DNA from: Octopus vulgaris
Taxonomy: Eukaryota
Direction: 5' to 3'
Assembly (NCBI GenBank): GCA_951406725.2
Contig: OX597815.1
Span: 69,812,001-69,876,000 of the forward strand
Length of the DNA: 64,000 nt
The position numbers and the translations under genes are program-made. This document shows, in pieces, positions 51,731 to 64,000 of this stretch (position 1 is the stretch's first letter; each line of letters begins with the position of its first letter). The notes beneath the pieces were generated by a model. The model saw only the letters and a list, made by a program, of their open reading frames with translations, was not told the DNA's origin and did not search any database.

Positions 51731-53232
51731 AAGAATAGCAGAAGAGTCATTGAATGGTGAAAGAGGGGTAAAGCATGAGGAATAGTAGAAGTGTCATTGG
51801 ATAGTGAGAGAGAGGGTCGGAGGAGTAAAGTTGAAAAAGTGTGACATACTGATGTACCGACATTCGCTTTCGTATTCGCATTTATCATTACAGATATGTG
51901 TGTGTATGTATGTATGTATATATGTATGCATGTGTATTCATATGTATATGTATATATTAAAGCATCGGATGAACAAAGGAGGCGGTATTACATTTATTAA
52001 TCAGTTACGATCGCTTCGATTACTGGTGGAATTATTACATCAATCAAAAGGCTGGGCTGTACATGATATAAACACTATAAAAATTATAAAAGTTATATAA
52101 AGATTAATTATTCCATTCAGTATTAAATGAAATTACCAACAATTAGACGAGGTTTTGCATGGAGTGCTGACTGAAGTACTCTTTCAAAATTCCTGGATTC
52201 ACCTTTTCTTATTATGTATGTGCACGCGTGTGTGTGTGTGTGTGTGTGTGGTTTGCTTGTATATGTACACACACACACGCACACACATACATAAAATGTG
52301 TGTAAAGGTAGGTGTATAAGTACGCATACATGTATATTATGTATGTGTGTAGGGCCCCTTTCTCATTTTTTTTTTCAATTACTATCTTACTCTGCAACTG
52401 CTACTACCGCCGCCACCACCGCCGTTGCCAGACCATTCCCAATATTCTTTCCTTCATTCTGTCTTTTTTACTGCAACCTTCACCTTGATCGCATTTTCTT
52501 ACATTCCTGTGTCTCTTTTGATTCTATTACGAAGAAAGACATATTCTATTTTCCTTCGCACTAATAATCTTTCGGTAAATTTGTTGTTTTCCGTACTCAG
52601 TTGAATGAACTGTACTACATGTATCAGTCCGTAAATTTCCGTCTTAGTTATATGTTGTTCTCGATATTCTAAGTCTCTTTCTCAGTCACAATCAGAGAAG
52701 TAGTACCATTCGATTAAAAGTTTTAGACTTTAAGTGTGTCGAAATTACACTAATTCACCCCATAGCTGCCGAGAGGTTTTCCTAATTGTCCTTTCTCATT
52801 AATCGTTTCCATGTTTAACTTTGATTTTTACCATATCCATATACATACACACGCACAGAAAGAGAGAGACAGACAGACAGACAGACAGAGACAGAGACAG
52901 AGAGAAAGAGAGACAGACAGACACAAACAGAGAGAGAAAGAGAGAGAGTGGGGGAGATCAACCTGAGTAGTTTCTGATGAGTTTGTTCATATATAGATTT
53001 TTGTTGATGATACTGCGAAAGTAGTCGATACTATTGCCTAATTACCTAATAACAGCAACCGGCTTACTGAAACACGTGTAAATTATATATAGAACATAAA
53101 AATGCCAGTTATTTTTTGTGTGTTCATTTTATGTATGTGTGTGCGTGTGTGTACATACATACATATAACCGTTGTTTAAAACCCTATGTATTCCGTTATA
53201 GTGTGAGAAAGAAAGTTTTGTACTCTTTAGAC

Positions 53233-53527
53233 CAGTGGTTCTCAACTGGTGTCCATATGACCCTTGGGGATTCATATAACCCTTGGGGGTCCATATGACC
53301 CTTTTGCGTCCATGTAAGGGTATATTGTTAATGTTTATGGACAATAAATTGGTAATATTTCTACAATACATAAAATAATGTAAGATTTTTTGTTACAATT
53401 CCTAGTAATATTTAATTGTTAAAGAAAATATAATAGGATTGTTTAAACATGGAATGGTTATGAGGGTCCACCCGAGTAAAATAGCAATCAAAGGGGTCCA
53501 TTGATGAAAAGTGGTTGAGAACGACTG
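53233..53527. mobile_element. hAT (Charlie-like) MITE
   Basis: CAGTGGTTCTCAAC ... GTTGAGAACGACTG; TSD CTTTAGAC/ATTTAGAA. Confidence 0.8.
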
Positions 53528-54364
53528 ATTTAGAATGACATGCTCGTAGTCTCCATAATTATAAAGTTAACAGAGCAAACATAGAGAACAAGACTGGAGA
53601 AATTTTGTCTGGAATTATTATTTACAGCATTCTTAAACGTGTTTCAGTAAAGCTTTTAAAGCCGATTTGCATTAGCCTGGCCTAATGTACTAATTACACC
53701 ATTACAACATCAAAGTTGATTTCTGAATTGTATGAGGGGGGGAGGGTTGCTGGTCCTCATATAAATATGTGTGAGTGCGCGCGCGCGCGCGCGTGTGTGT
53801 GTGTAAGAAAAAGTCAGAATTGTTTTTCTTGTTATATAACAAGCAATAACATCCAATTCCAAGTAATTGTTGCTGGTTCCTTTTCTTTCCATCTTGCTTT
53901 GTTTCCTACTGTCTTTCGTCCCCCATTTCTCTTCTCTTTCTTCCTGACCTTTATCTTTCGAGCATTCCATCTTTCTTCCTCTCCCTCTTTCTCTCTCTCT
54001 CCCTCTCTTTCTCTCTCTCTCTTTCCATCCTTCTTTTTTTCTTTTTCTCTTTCCTTCCTTCTTTCTCTCTATCTTTCATTCCTCTTTTCTGTCTTTCTAT
54101 TCGATCGTTCCATCCTTCTTTCCTTCACTCTTTCATTCTACCTCTCTTTTTTTTTCTTTTCGCTACATCCTTCCTTCATCCTGATTTCTCAAATACTCCT
54201 TCAAATATTCTTTCTTAACGTCTTCTTCTACTTCGTCTCTTTCAATGTCTTACCCTCGTTTTCTTTTTTACTTCCTTTCTCTTTTCCTTTTCTTTCTCCT
54301 AGTCCCGCCCTTTCTTTTTCTATAATTGTTTCCTGTTCTTTTTCTCCGTTTCTCTCTTTTATCT

Positions 54365-54825
54365 TTGGTTTGTTTCAGTCATTAGTCTAGGACATACCAT
54401 GGAGAGTTTTCGTTTGGCAGATCTATCCTAGTACTTTTTTTTCTGTCACTTTTACAGAACCGCTAAGTTTCTGGGATGTAAACCAACTAATACTAGTTGT
54501 CAAGCAGTGGGGAAGATGGGAAGAAACACAGACACACACACGCACACACACAAACACATACACACACACACACACACACTCACACACACAAACACATACA
54601 TACATATATACATATATATATACATGCTCATACATATATGTATGTTTAAATGTATGTATATACGCAATGAGATTCCATGCAGTTTCCATCTACCGAATTC
54701 TTTCACAAGATATTGGTCGACCTGGCGCTATAGTAGAACATATATGCGTAAAAAGCTGCGCAGTGGAATTGAAACCAAAACAACGTCTTTGCAAAGCGAA
54801 CTCCTAGATTATACAGCCATGCTTG
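54365..54825 (-). mobile_element. SINE family A, diverged full-length copy
   Basis: Homology to 20169-20570. Confidence 0.7.
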
Positions 54826-55148
54826 CGTCTTTCTGTCAACTTCAAGCTCATGCTCTCAATCCTTTGGGATTTATTACTTCTCTTGCTTCTTTCTTTTAAA
54901 TTTCTTTCATTAAGTATTCTTTCATGATTTCGTTTTTAGAGCTTTCCAGTTTTCTTTTTTTATCTCCTTTCTTCATTTAACCATTCATTATTCCTTTCCT
55001 TCATTTTCCCACCACCACCACCAATCTTCTGTCTTATTTCTTGACATATTTCATTTTTTTTTTCAGTTTTCCATTAAGCCTTTCTCTTCACATCTGTCTG
55101 ACCATCTATCTTTCTATCTCTCAATATCTATTTATATACCTATATACT

Positions 55149-55181
<33 letters not shown>

Positions 55182-55188
55182 GCTCACG

Positions 55189-55322
55189 CTACTGCACCTC
55201 CCCTAACTCTCCAACACTACCATGCTCACAGGCACTCATCATCGTCCCTATCATATCACTGACTCCTTTACCTGCACTTCTAGCAACATCATTTACTGCA
55301 TCTGCTCTTTCTGCCCTTCTGC
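55189..55322 (+). mobile_element. Penelope-like GIY-YIG fragment (left arm)
   Basis: PYHITDSFTCTSSNIIYCI; inverted copy of about 57725-57856. Confidence 0.85.
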
Positions 55323-55515
55323 TGCGCAACGATGACGGTCTGACGTGGCGGAAAATGGAGGATCGAGCGGCGCGCGTTAGTCGGGCGAGAAGAAGGAGGA
55401 CGAAAGAAGAGGTTCCGTCCACGCTTCTCCGGCTCGCCCTTTCCTGCAACTAACGACATCCCGCCGCCTGCTAACGGCGGCGACGGCATCGGCGGACGGC
55501 GTTTTTGTGTCGTGA

Positions 55516-55676
55516 CCGCCTCTCAACCAGATGGAAACCCCGGGACGATGGGATCCCGGGGCCGCAATGTATGTTCGAGGTGTCGATATTCAGTGAGTCC
55601 TGCAATTCGCATCAGTTCACGCGGTTAGCCGCGCTCTTCATCTACAGACGAGCCAAGTGATCCCCATCCAGGGTTT
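55516..55676 (-). pseudogene. 5.8S rRNA pseudogene
   Basis: Minus strand GGATCACTTGGCTCGT..GATGAAGAGCGCGGC..GAATTGCAGGAC..CGAACATACATTGCGGCCCCGGG with substitutions in conserved motifs. Confidence 0.92.
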
Positions 55677-56089
55677 CTATATTTACTACTACTACTGACG
55701 ATGACATACGGAAAGGGACGCGGCGCGTCGTCCGCGAAGGGAAAAAAAGCGAAACGAAACGAAAACCTAGCTGCGATAGCAGAAGAACAGCTCGCGACTG
55801 CTGCCACTAGTCGCGAAGGCCGGTGGATGCGGGAGAAGAAGAAAGGGAAACTGAGAAAAGATGAAATGCTCGTGGAGCCGCAAAGCGCGCTGTATCATCG
55901 GCCGAGCACACTGGTTGTCGGACGGGCGCCTGCTCGATGGGGCGTGCAGGATCGGCAGCGAGCAGGCGTGGCATCGGAGTGGACAGCTGCGCGGCGCTGC
56001 ACTGCACTGTTAGAGGGGCGAATGAGATGAAGGCGAGGGGACCCCGCCGCGGCTTATGAGAGCCATCAGAGAACACGTCGACAACGGCG

Positions 56090-57453
56090 CGGGACGCCGC
56101 CGCGCGCAAGCGGGCTCGTCGGCCAGATCCGAGGACCTCACCGGACCATCCGATCGGTAGTAGCGACGGGCGTTATGTACAAAGGGTAGGGACGTGATCG
56201 ACGCAATCTGATGACTCGCGCCTACCGGGAATTTCACGTTCATGGGGTTAGTTCCAGGCCCCGATCCCTATCACGGGAGGTGGTTCAGCGGTTTCCCGAC
56301 CCACTCGGCCGGGGTAAATGCGCCCGCTGATACCTCCAGTGTGACGCGCGTGTGGGCCCGAACATCTAAGAGCATCACAGACCTGCTATCTCTCCGCTTG
56401 GTGCGGCTTTCTGCCAGCCGTCTCTCTAAGAAGCGCTGCATTCTCCAACCGACCGGCACGGACGCGACGGCGTACCGCTGCTGGGCTCGCGCGAGCCGAG
56501 CCGAGCCGAGCCGACCGGATACCGACTCTGCAACGACGTCGCGATAGCCCCGGGAGGGGCGGCAGCCGGACGCGGCCGCAGCGCCCGACGTGATGGAAAG
56601 CGGTGGAAACGGCAAGCGCGGGACGTGCACGGATCTACCGACGACGGTTTCGGCGCCGCTGCGCTGCCAGAAAAGCACTAATCGGCACGCTAGTTAGTGG
56701 GCCAGAGTCACGTTGTTATCGGATCAACCAGACGTATCGCCAACTAAGAACGGCCATGCACCACCACCCACCGAATCGAGAAAGAGCTATCGATCTGTCT
56801 ATCCTACCGTTGTCCGGACTGGGTGAGTTTTTCCGTGTTGAGTCAAATTAAGCCGCAGGCTCCACTCCTGGTGATGCCCTTCCGTCAGTTCCTTTCAGTT
56901 TCTGTTTTGCAACCATACTCTTCCCCCGGAACTGACTATGGTTTCCTGCGCAAGCTCCCCGCCGGGTCATCGAAGCGAACGCCAGCGGAGCGACAGTTAT
57001 CCAGAGTCACCAAAATCGAAGAGCGTGAAACTGCCGCACGCCTCGACCCGCGCGCGGGGTGCGGCGGCTGCTGCGACAGCCCGTACGCGTCGGTCTTATT
57101 CCAATATTTACGCCGCGACCAGTGCGGAAGGCCAACCGCGTCGTCATGACCGGGGGCGAGCGCAGGTGCGCCGCCCTGGTCCGGTTGAGCGGGCGGGAGG
57201 GCTCTGGCGGCGAGCTGAGGCGAACGCTGATTTTCGGCCCGACGACCGAGTGTGGCCTGCACCGCAGCTTCAGTTGCATGTATTAACTCTAGAATTTCCA
57301 CAGTTATCCACTCTCCTTGTGGTGAGGAATACGGTCCCGAGGATTAGGTCCGGTTCCTGAACCATTCGCGGTTTCACCATTCGTTTACGGTATGAACTTG
57401 CATGGTTTAAGTTTTGAGACAAGCATATGACTACTGGCAGGATCAGCCAGGTA
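56090..57453 (-). pseudogene. 18S rRNA pseudogene with a large internal deletion and no 3' terminus
   Basis: Starts TACCTGGCTGATCCTGCCAGTAGTCATATGCTTGTCTCAAA; has GGAGTGGAGCCTGCGGCTTAATTTGACTCAACACGG and TTTGTACA..CGCCCGTCGCTACTACCGAT; GC-rich V2 and V7 expansions. Confidence 0.95.
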
Positions 57454-57514
57454 TCATCGATCGACCGGTCGGTCGGTCGCTGTCGACAATGGTCGCCACC
57501 GCTACGGGGGGAGC

Positions 57515-58100
57515 GAGCAGTGTGGAGATTAATTTCTGTTCACAGCGAAGACGGGAGTCCGGATGGCCCCTGTGCAAAGACTGTCCGAACACAGACAGGT
57601 GTTGTAATAAATGACAGGTCGAGCGGAAATGGCACGAGACCGGGGTGTCATTGCCGAGTCTAATGTCTCGGAGGGGTTCTGTGAATCGATCATCCAATCG
57701 GCGTCCCGTTTGACCGATGTACAGAGAAAGGCAGAAAGAGCAGGAGATGCAGTAAATGACGTTGCTAGAAGTGCAGGTAAAGGAGTCGGTGATATGATAG
57801 GGACCATGATCCTATGAGGATGGTGGTGTTGGAGAGGTAGGGGCAAATGCAGTAGCACGGACAGGAGCAGGGGAACGAGCCAAGCTGGGAGGTGGGGGTC
57901 AAGGAAGAAACTGTGGACCAGTAGTTCACGCAGGGTGTGGGCTCGTTTGAAGGAAGGATGGGACAGGTTGGGGAAGATGTGCAAGGTGGAGGGGTCGGAA
58001 GGCTCGGAGAATGGTACGTTGGAGGGACATGGTTGAGGGGTGGTAGGTGAGGAGACACGGGGGACAGGCAACGACGGGGCAGGTAAATTGGGCATTACCA
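57515..58100 (-). mobile_element. Penelope-like element 3' fragment (Cys finger + GIY-YIG; right arm)
   Basis: PSFKRAHTLRELLVHS, CSCPCYCICPY, FTCTSSNVIYCISC..LYIGQTGRRLDDRFTE, CEQKLI. Confidence 0.92.
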
Positions 58101-58459
58101 ATGCAGCACTTAACCCAAGTTTCAGACTGTCTACACTATCGCGTCATAGTCTTAAGTGAGATCGAAATTCTTCAGGTGTAGAAAATCCAGGCATCACAAC
58201 AAAAGGTCTGAAGAAGTGTCATTCAATTGTTCAAAACCGCAGATATTACGTAACTTTTCACTTGGATTTATTTCGTGAACTGGCATTAAAACAGAGCTGG
58301 TACAGAAATAATTGTAACCATCATTAAAGATGTGATAAAATCTTTCTTTGCCTTCTTATTTGGATAATTCATACATACATACATGCATACATACATACAT
58401 ACATACATACATACATACATACATACATACATACATACATACATTCCTACATACATACA

Positions 58460-58945
58460 TAAGACTTGGAAGACAGCTCCTTGAGCAACAGTGTTTCAGT
58501 AAGAACTGCACTATCACACTGCACTATCTATCACACATGGCTCTAGTAACACAAGAACGGATGGTTGAAAATTTTCATTATCACATAATCCCTAACATTT
58601 AGTCTCCTAATACACCCAGATCTCAATCCATTGGACTATTACATGTGGAGCGTTGTTGAGAGAGAAGTCAATGAGCACATCCACAACACCAAAGATACTT
58701 TGAAAGCCGCCATAGTCAGAGTAATGTCCAAAATGAACCAGGACCACTTGATTCGAGCATGTAGATGATTTAGATCACTCATAGAAGCAGTTGTTGAAGC
58801 TGAAGGTGGTTTTATTGAATAACATTATAGAAAAGAAAGTTTATTTTTATCCTCATAGCATTTTTTGATAACTAAAGTTATTATCTGTTATTATATATGC
58901 ATTTTTATAAACATAAATCTGTCGTCAAATATCTTACGCACCCTG
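58460..58945 (+). mobile_element. Tc1/mariner (maT/DD37D-like) transposon 3' fragment
   Basis: PDLNPLDYYMWSVVEREVN...AAIVRV...FRSLIEAVVEAEGGFIE*; terminal repeat ends GCACCCTG|TA. Confidence 0.85.
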
Positions 58946-58951
58946 TATATA

Positions 58952-59120
58952 TTCTTTTACTTGTTTCAGTCATTTGACCGTGGCTATGCTGGAGCACCGC
59001 TTTTAGTCGAACAAATCGATCCCAGGACTTATTCTTTGTAAGCCTAGTACTTATTGTATCGGTCGCTTTTGCAGACCAGCTAAACACACCAACATCAGCT
59101 GTCTAGCGATAGTGGGGGGA

Positions 59121-59125
<5 letters not shown>
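58952..59125 (-). mobile_element. SINE family A, 3' half
   Basis: Homology to 20169-20370. Confidence 0.8.
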
Positions 59126-59180
<55 letters not shown>

Positions 59181-59935
59181 TATAAATACACACACACACG
59201 CACACGCAAGTACACAAACACACGTACGCACGCACACACACTCACACAATACACACTCATATACACACACACACCAACATACCCACAGTCACTCGAAGGT
59301 TATTGGGCTGAAACTTCGAAGTCACTGTCGCCACTCTTCTTGTAAAAGTTTGATAAACATCTACTCTCTTGCAAAGTATTGAGTGATACTTCAGTCTAAC
59401 AATGTTCAATTGTTCTTTTTGTCTTAATAAAACTTGACACAAAAACGAACAATGTAATAATTATGAATTAATATTAACTTTATTTCTAGTCTGACTTAAC
59501 TTCCCTATTTCTCTATCCACCTATCTCTCTCTCTTTCTCTCTCCTCTCTCTCTCTCTCTCTTTCTCTCCCTTTCTCTCTCCGTTCATTAAATGTCTATGA
59601 GTCTGATTCTCTCCCTTCCACCATTTGTAGCTTTAAACACATTACCGTTAATCCCGTCTTCACTCTTTATGAACCCTCCCCCTCTCTCTCTCTCGAACTC
59701 TGTCATTCTCTGTTGGCCTTTATTCATACATCCAGCCATCCAAGCATTGAGCCATCCCTCTCTCCTCCGTGCTACTTAAATATCTATGTATCTGAAAATA
59801 CCTTTCTATCAATACACGTTTTTCTATCCACCTATATCTGTTCATCTACCTGTCTGCTTCTGTCTATCAATCTATCCCTCTCTTTTCCTATCTATCTGTC
59901 CCTCAATCTCTCTGTCTGTCTTTATATCTATCTAC

Positions 59936-60041
<106 letters not shown>

Positions 60042-60376
60042 ATCTGTTTGTCTTTATATCTATCTATCTATCTATCTATCTATATATCTATCTATCTATC
60101 CTTTTATCTCCGTATATGTGCGTGTGTGCTCGTGTGTGTGTGTGTGTGTGTGTGTGTTTGTGTGTGTTTGTGCGTGTCTGTGTGTATCTGTCTGTTTGCT
60201 TAGTTGTTCATTAGTCCCTTAACCCCTCGATCATAATAATGAATAGATATTTATCTATATTCTTACGTATTTGTCCTTCAATCCATATATGTGTGTGCGT
60301 ACGCGTATGAGTGTGTGTACAAGTATGCATATGTATATATGCATGTATGAATGTATGTATGCATATATATATATGC

Positions 60377-60422
<46 letters not shown>

Positions 60423-60472
60423 AATAACTGATATCCCATAGTGGGTTATTTTCATAACCCCTATCTTACTTT

Positions 60473-60511
<39 letters not shown>

Positions 60512-60669
60512 CTATATAGACTATATATATATATATATATATATATAGCCTACTTATCGGTCTAACCATCCATATGTGCGTGAATGTACAAATGTATGGG
60601 TGTGTGTGTGCGCGTGCGTGCGTATGTGTGTGTGTATGTGTACGTGTGTGTGCGTATGCGTATGTGTGT

Positions 60670-60877
60670 GTGTTTCAGTCATTAGACTACGTCCATGCTG
60701 GGGCACCATCACGTTGAAGAAAGTTTTTAGTTGAATGAATCGGCATATTGACTTATTTTTTAAAAGCCAGGTATTTGTTCTATTCTTCTTTTGCCGAACG
60801 GTTCGGTTTCGGAAACGCAAACACACCAACACCGGTCGTCAAACGTTGATGTGGAGTGGGGTCAAACACAGACACAG

Positions 60878-60880
<3 letters not shown>
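60670..60880 (-). mobile_element. SINE family A, diverged 3' half
   Basis: Homology to 20169-20370. Confidence 0.65.
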
Positions 60881-60931
<51 letters not shown>

Positions 60932-61114
60932 ACTCACACACACACATATATTCACACTTATGTTGCTCTCAGCTGTCCAGTGTCGCCAATATTGCTAAGA
61001 GCATAATAGGTGAGAAACCATTGATAACTTCTAAATTGGCCATAACTATGTTCAATATCACTGCTCACAAGATTTTAGAGTATGCTTTCTTCGGACTTAT
61101 GAACAACTGACCGA

Positions 61115-61133
61115 TTATACACACACACACACA

Positions 61134-61168
<35 letters not shown>

Positions 61169-61187
61169 TCACTCACACAGATATATG

Positions 61188-61274
<87 letters not shown>

Positions 61275-61329
61275 GTATATATATATACGTATGTATGTAC
61301 GTGTCTGTGAGAGAGAGAGAGAGAGAGAG

Positions 61330-61366
<37 letters not shown>

Positions 61367-61573
61367 ATCTCTTTAACTATCTACTTCTCTGAGTATCTAC
61401 CTTTCTATCTACCTATTCATATCTCTATTCATTTATCTGTCTATCCATCTATCTCTCTAGCTATCTCACACTCCTACATCAAATATCCATACATCCTCGC
61501 CCTTATTTTCATTATTATGTATTGCATCACATATACATACATACATACATACATACATACATACATACATACA

Positions 61574-61607
<34 letters not shown>

Positions 61608-61894
61608 CATTCATACATATATATATATATATATATATAGCAGCAACAACAACAGCTGCAGCACCAGTAGCAACAGTAACAACAGCAACAACAACAACAG
61701 CAACAACCACAAGTACACATTTACCTAAGCAGCCAACACACCATAAATAGATAAAAACATCACAATACCCACATGCATCATTGTAAGTCAGCCCACACGT
61801 AATAAACACAGACAAACACAGAGACACACACACACTCACACACACTAATTACACATGGCTCATATATATTCATGTAAGAAGTAAACACACACAA

Positions 61895-61963
<69 letters not shown>

Positions 61964-62136
61964 GAAACACACTAGTGCGCACAAATAGACATACATCCTC
62001 ATGCATATACGCACTTAAAAATGTTTTTATATGTGTGCATGTTACTGTCTTAATGTATTTATGTGGAAATGCTTATGTATGGATGTAAGTATGTATGAAT
62101 ATATATAGATATATATTTAAACGTATATATTTAAAC

Positions 62137-62201
<65 letters not shown>

Positions 62202-62273
62202 TGTATATGTATAAATATTTATATATGTATATATATGTATATGCATATATATTTATATATGTGTATGTATATG

Positions 62274-62327
<54 letters not shown>

Positions 62328-62519
62328 TGGAGGGTGTATGTGTATGTTTGTGTTCAAACATATATATATGTTTGTATGCGCATATTTGTATATACACGAA
62401 TGAGCGTGTGTAAATGTGCATACTTGCAAATTAGTATACATATATATATATGCACTCGCACATATACATATATATGCAATATATATTTACATATATATAA
62501 ACATTTGCATATATATGTG

Positions 62520-62561
<42 letters not shown>

Positions 62562-62585
62562 CATAAATATATAAATATATACGTG

Positions 62586-62621
<36 letters not shown>

Positions 62622-62742
62622 ATATACGGCATATATGTATCCGTATACACATACATATGCATATATCTTTGTGTGACCACGCATATATGCACATACATGC
62701 GGTTTTATATTTTTGTATATATGTGCACACACATAATTATGC

Positions 62743-62813
<71 letters not shown>

Positions 62814-62983
62814 TGTATAAACACAAATGTGCATATATATATACATATAGCTATATTTATACATACATATACACGTACCTACATATACATGCACATACAC
62901 AAACAGTATCTCTCTACAGCTCTATACAAACCTATAATTTTCGCTTTCATTTTGTTTCTTTTCTTTTCGTCTTCTCTCTCCCA

Positions 62984-63035
<52 letters not shown>

Positions 63036-63389
63036 CCAGTTTCTTTTTATTGTTTAATGCTTTTTCTTTTCCATCCGTACTACCACCCTCCTTCCCTCTA
63101 TACCTTTCAATTCACTGTTTCCGTCCCAGCAATCTTTAGTTATTTATTATTCCACAACACACTCGCCTCTCTCTCTCTCTCTCTCTCACTCACTCTCTCT
63201 CTCTCTCTCTCTCTCTCTCATTCCTTCTCTTTCGTCTCTCTTTCCCTCTTTCGCTCTCCTCTATTTTACTCTCGCTCCAACTCACAACTATAACTCAGTT
63301 GCACTTTCCAATGGATCGTTGGTTCTCTCCCTTTATATCGTTCTCCATTTTCTTTATACACTTATCATTTTGTCATTTGCTTCCCCTCT

Positions 63390-63478
<89 letters not shown>

Positions 63479-63815
63479 CTTTTACAGTCACCACTATATA
63501 GTTGTGTATATATTTCTCTTGTATATATAGCAATCCTTCCGTTACCCTCACCAGCTTTTTCCCCTTCTGCAACTTCTTTTCTCACTTCTCTTTTTTATTG
63601 TTCTTTTTTATTTTTATATTATACGCAGTCATATGTATCTGTGCCATGTGTGCGGGTGTGCATGTAAGTGTGTGTATATGTTTGTGTGCTGTGTGTACAT
63701 GCCCACATATATATACATATATATATGTATTTATATCTATATGTGTGTATGTGTATACATATTTATAAGTATATATATACACATACATACATACGTACAT
63801 ACATACATACATACA

Positions 63816-63849
<34 letters not shown>

Positions 63850-64000
63850 GGTGCATACAAATATACACACATGCACATAAAAATACACAGTAAAATACAT
63901 TCATCCATATACAATATACACAAACATGTCATATGTATATATATGTATAGAGATAGATAGATAGATAGATACATAGATAGATAGATAGATAGATAGATAG
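61115..64000. repeat. Compound microsatellite field (CA, TA, TATC, CATA, CT, CAA)
   Basis: Directly visible. Confidence 0.95.

Noticed and set aside
53716-54390. 224-aa hydrophobic ORF
   Set aside because: Polypyrimidine low-complexity tract coding F/L/S by composition.
55625-57360. Overlapping GC-rich ORFs
   Set aside because: Shadow ORFs over the rDNA pseudogene.
55516-57453. Functional rDNA unit
   Set aside because: Large deletion, missing 18S 3' end, substitutions in invariant motifs and no 28S.
59285-59328. Type I hammerhead with palindromic stem III (GAAACTTCGAAGT-C)
   Set aside because: Stems I and III are present but CUGANGA is replaced by CACTCGA; a dead relic at best.
62139-63293. 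384-aa ORF and the many [16 protein letters not shown] ORFs
   Set aside because: Translations of stop-free microsatellites; no domain content.

Overview
Eukaryotic, microsatellite-saturated, non-genic (intergenic or intronic) DNA. The SINE families and the GC-rich expansion segments in an 18S copy suggest a cephalopod (Octopus-like), which is an inference. I cannot support any host protein-coding gene; nearly all listed ORFs are translations of (GATA)n, (CATA)n, (TA)n, (CA)n, (TAA)n, (GAA)n or (GGT)n repeats. The real content is mobile DNA: Tx1/L1-clade LINEs (one near full length), R4/Dong, HERO and RTE LINE fragments, Neptune-type Penelope-like elements (PLEs), tRNA-derived SINEs, Helitrons, hAT and Merlin-like MITEs, a mariner fragment, and a decayed 18S-ITS1-5.8S rDNA copy between inverted PLE fragments. 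The main finding is a recurrent hammerhead ribozyme whose three strands occur in NON-circularly permuted order (stemIII'-NUH-stemI, then stemII'-GAAA-stemIII, then stemI'-CUGANGA-stemII). It occurs six times with different helix sequences that keep pairing: once in a HERO LINE 3'UTR and five times in PLE-associated repeats. Other notable items: Tx1 families apparently targeting (GATA)n and (TAA)n, an in-phase U-UUU-UUA slippery site joining two PLE ORFs, and the PLE-flanked pre-rRNA copy. All RNA structures were paired by eye; no folding program or database search was run.
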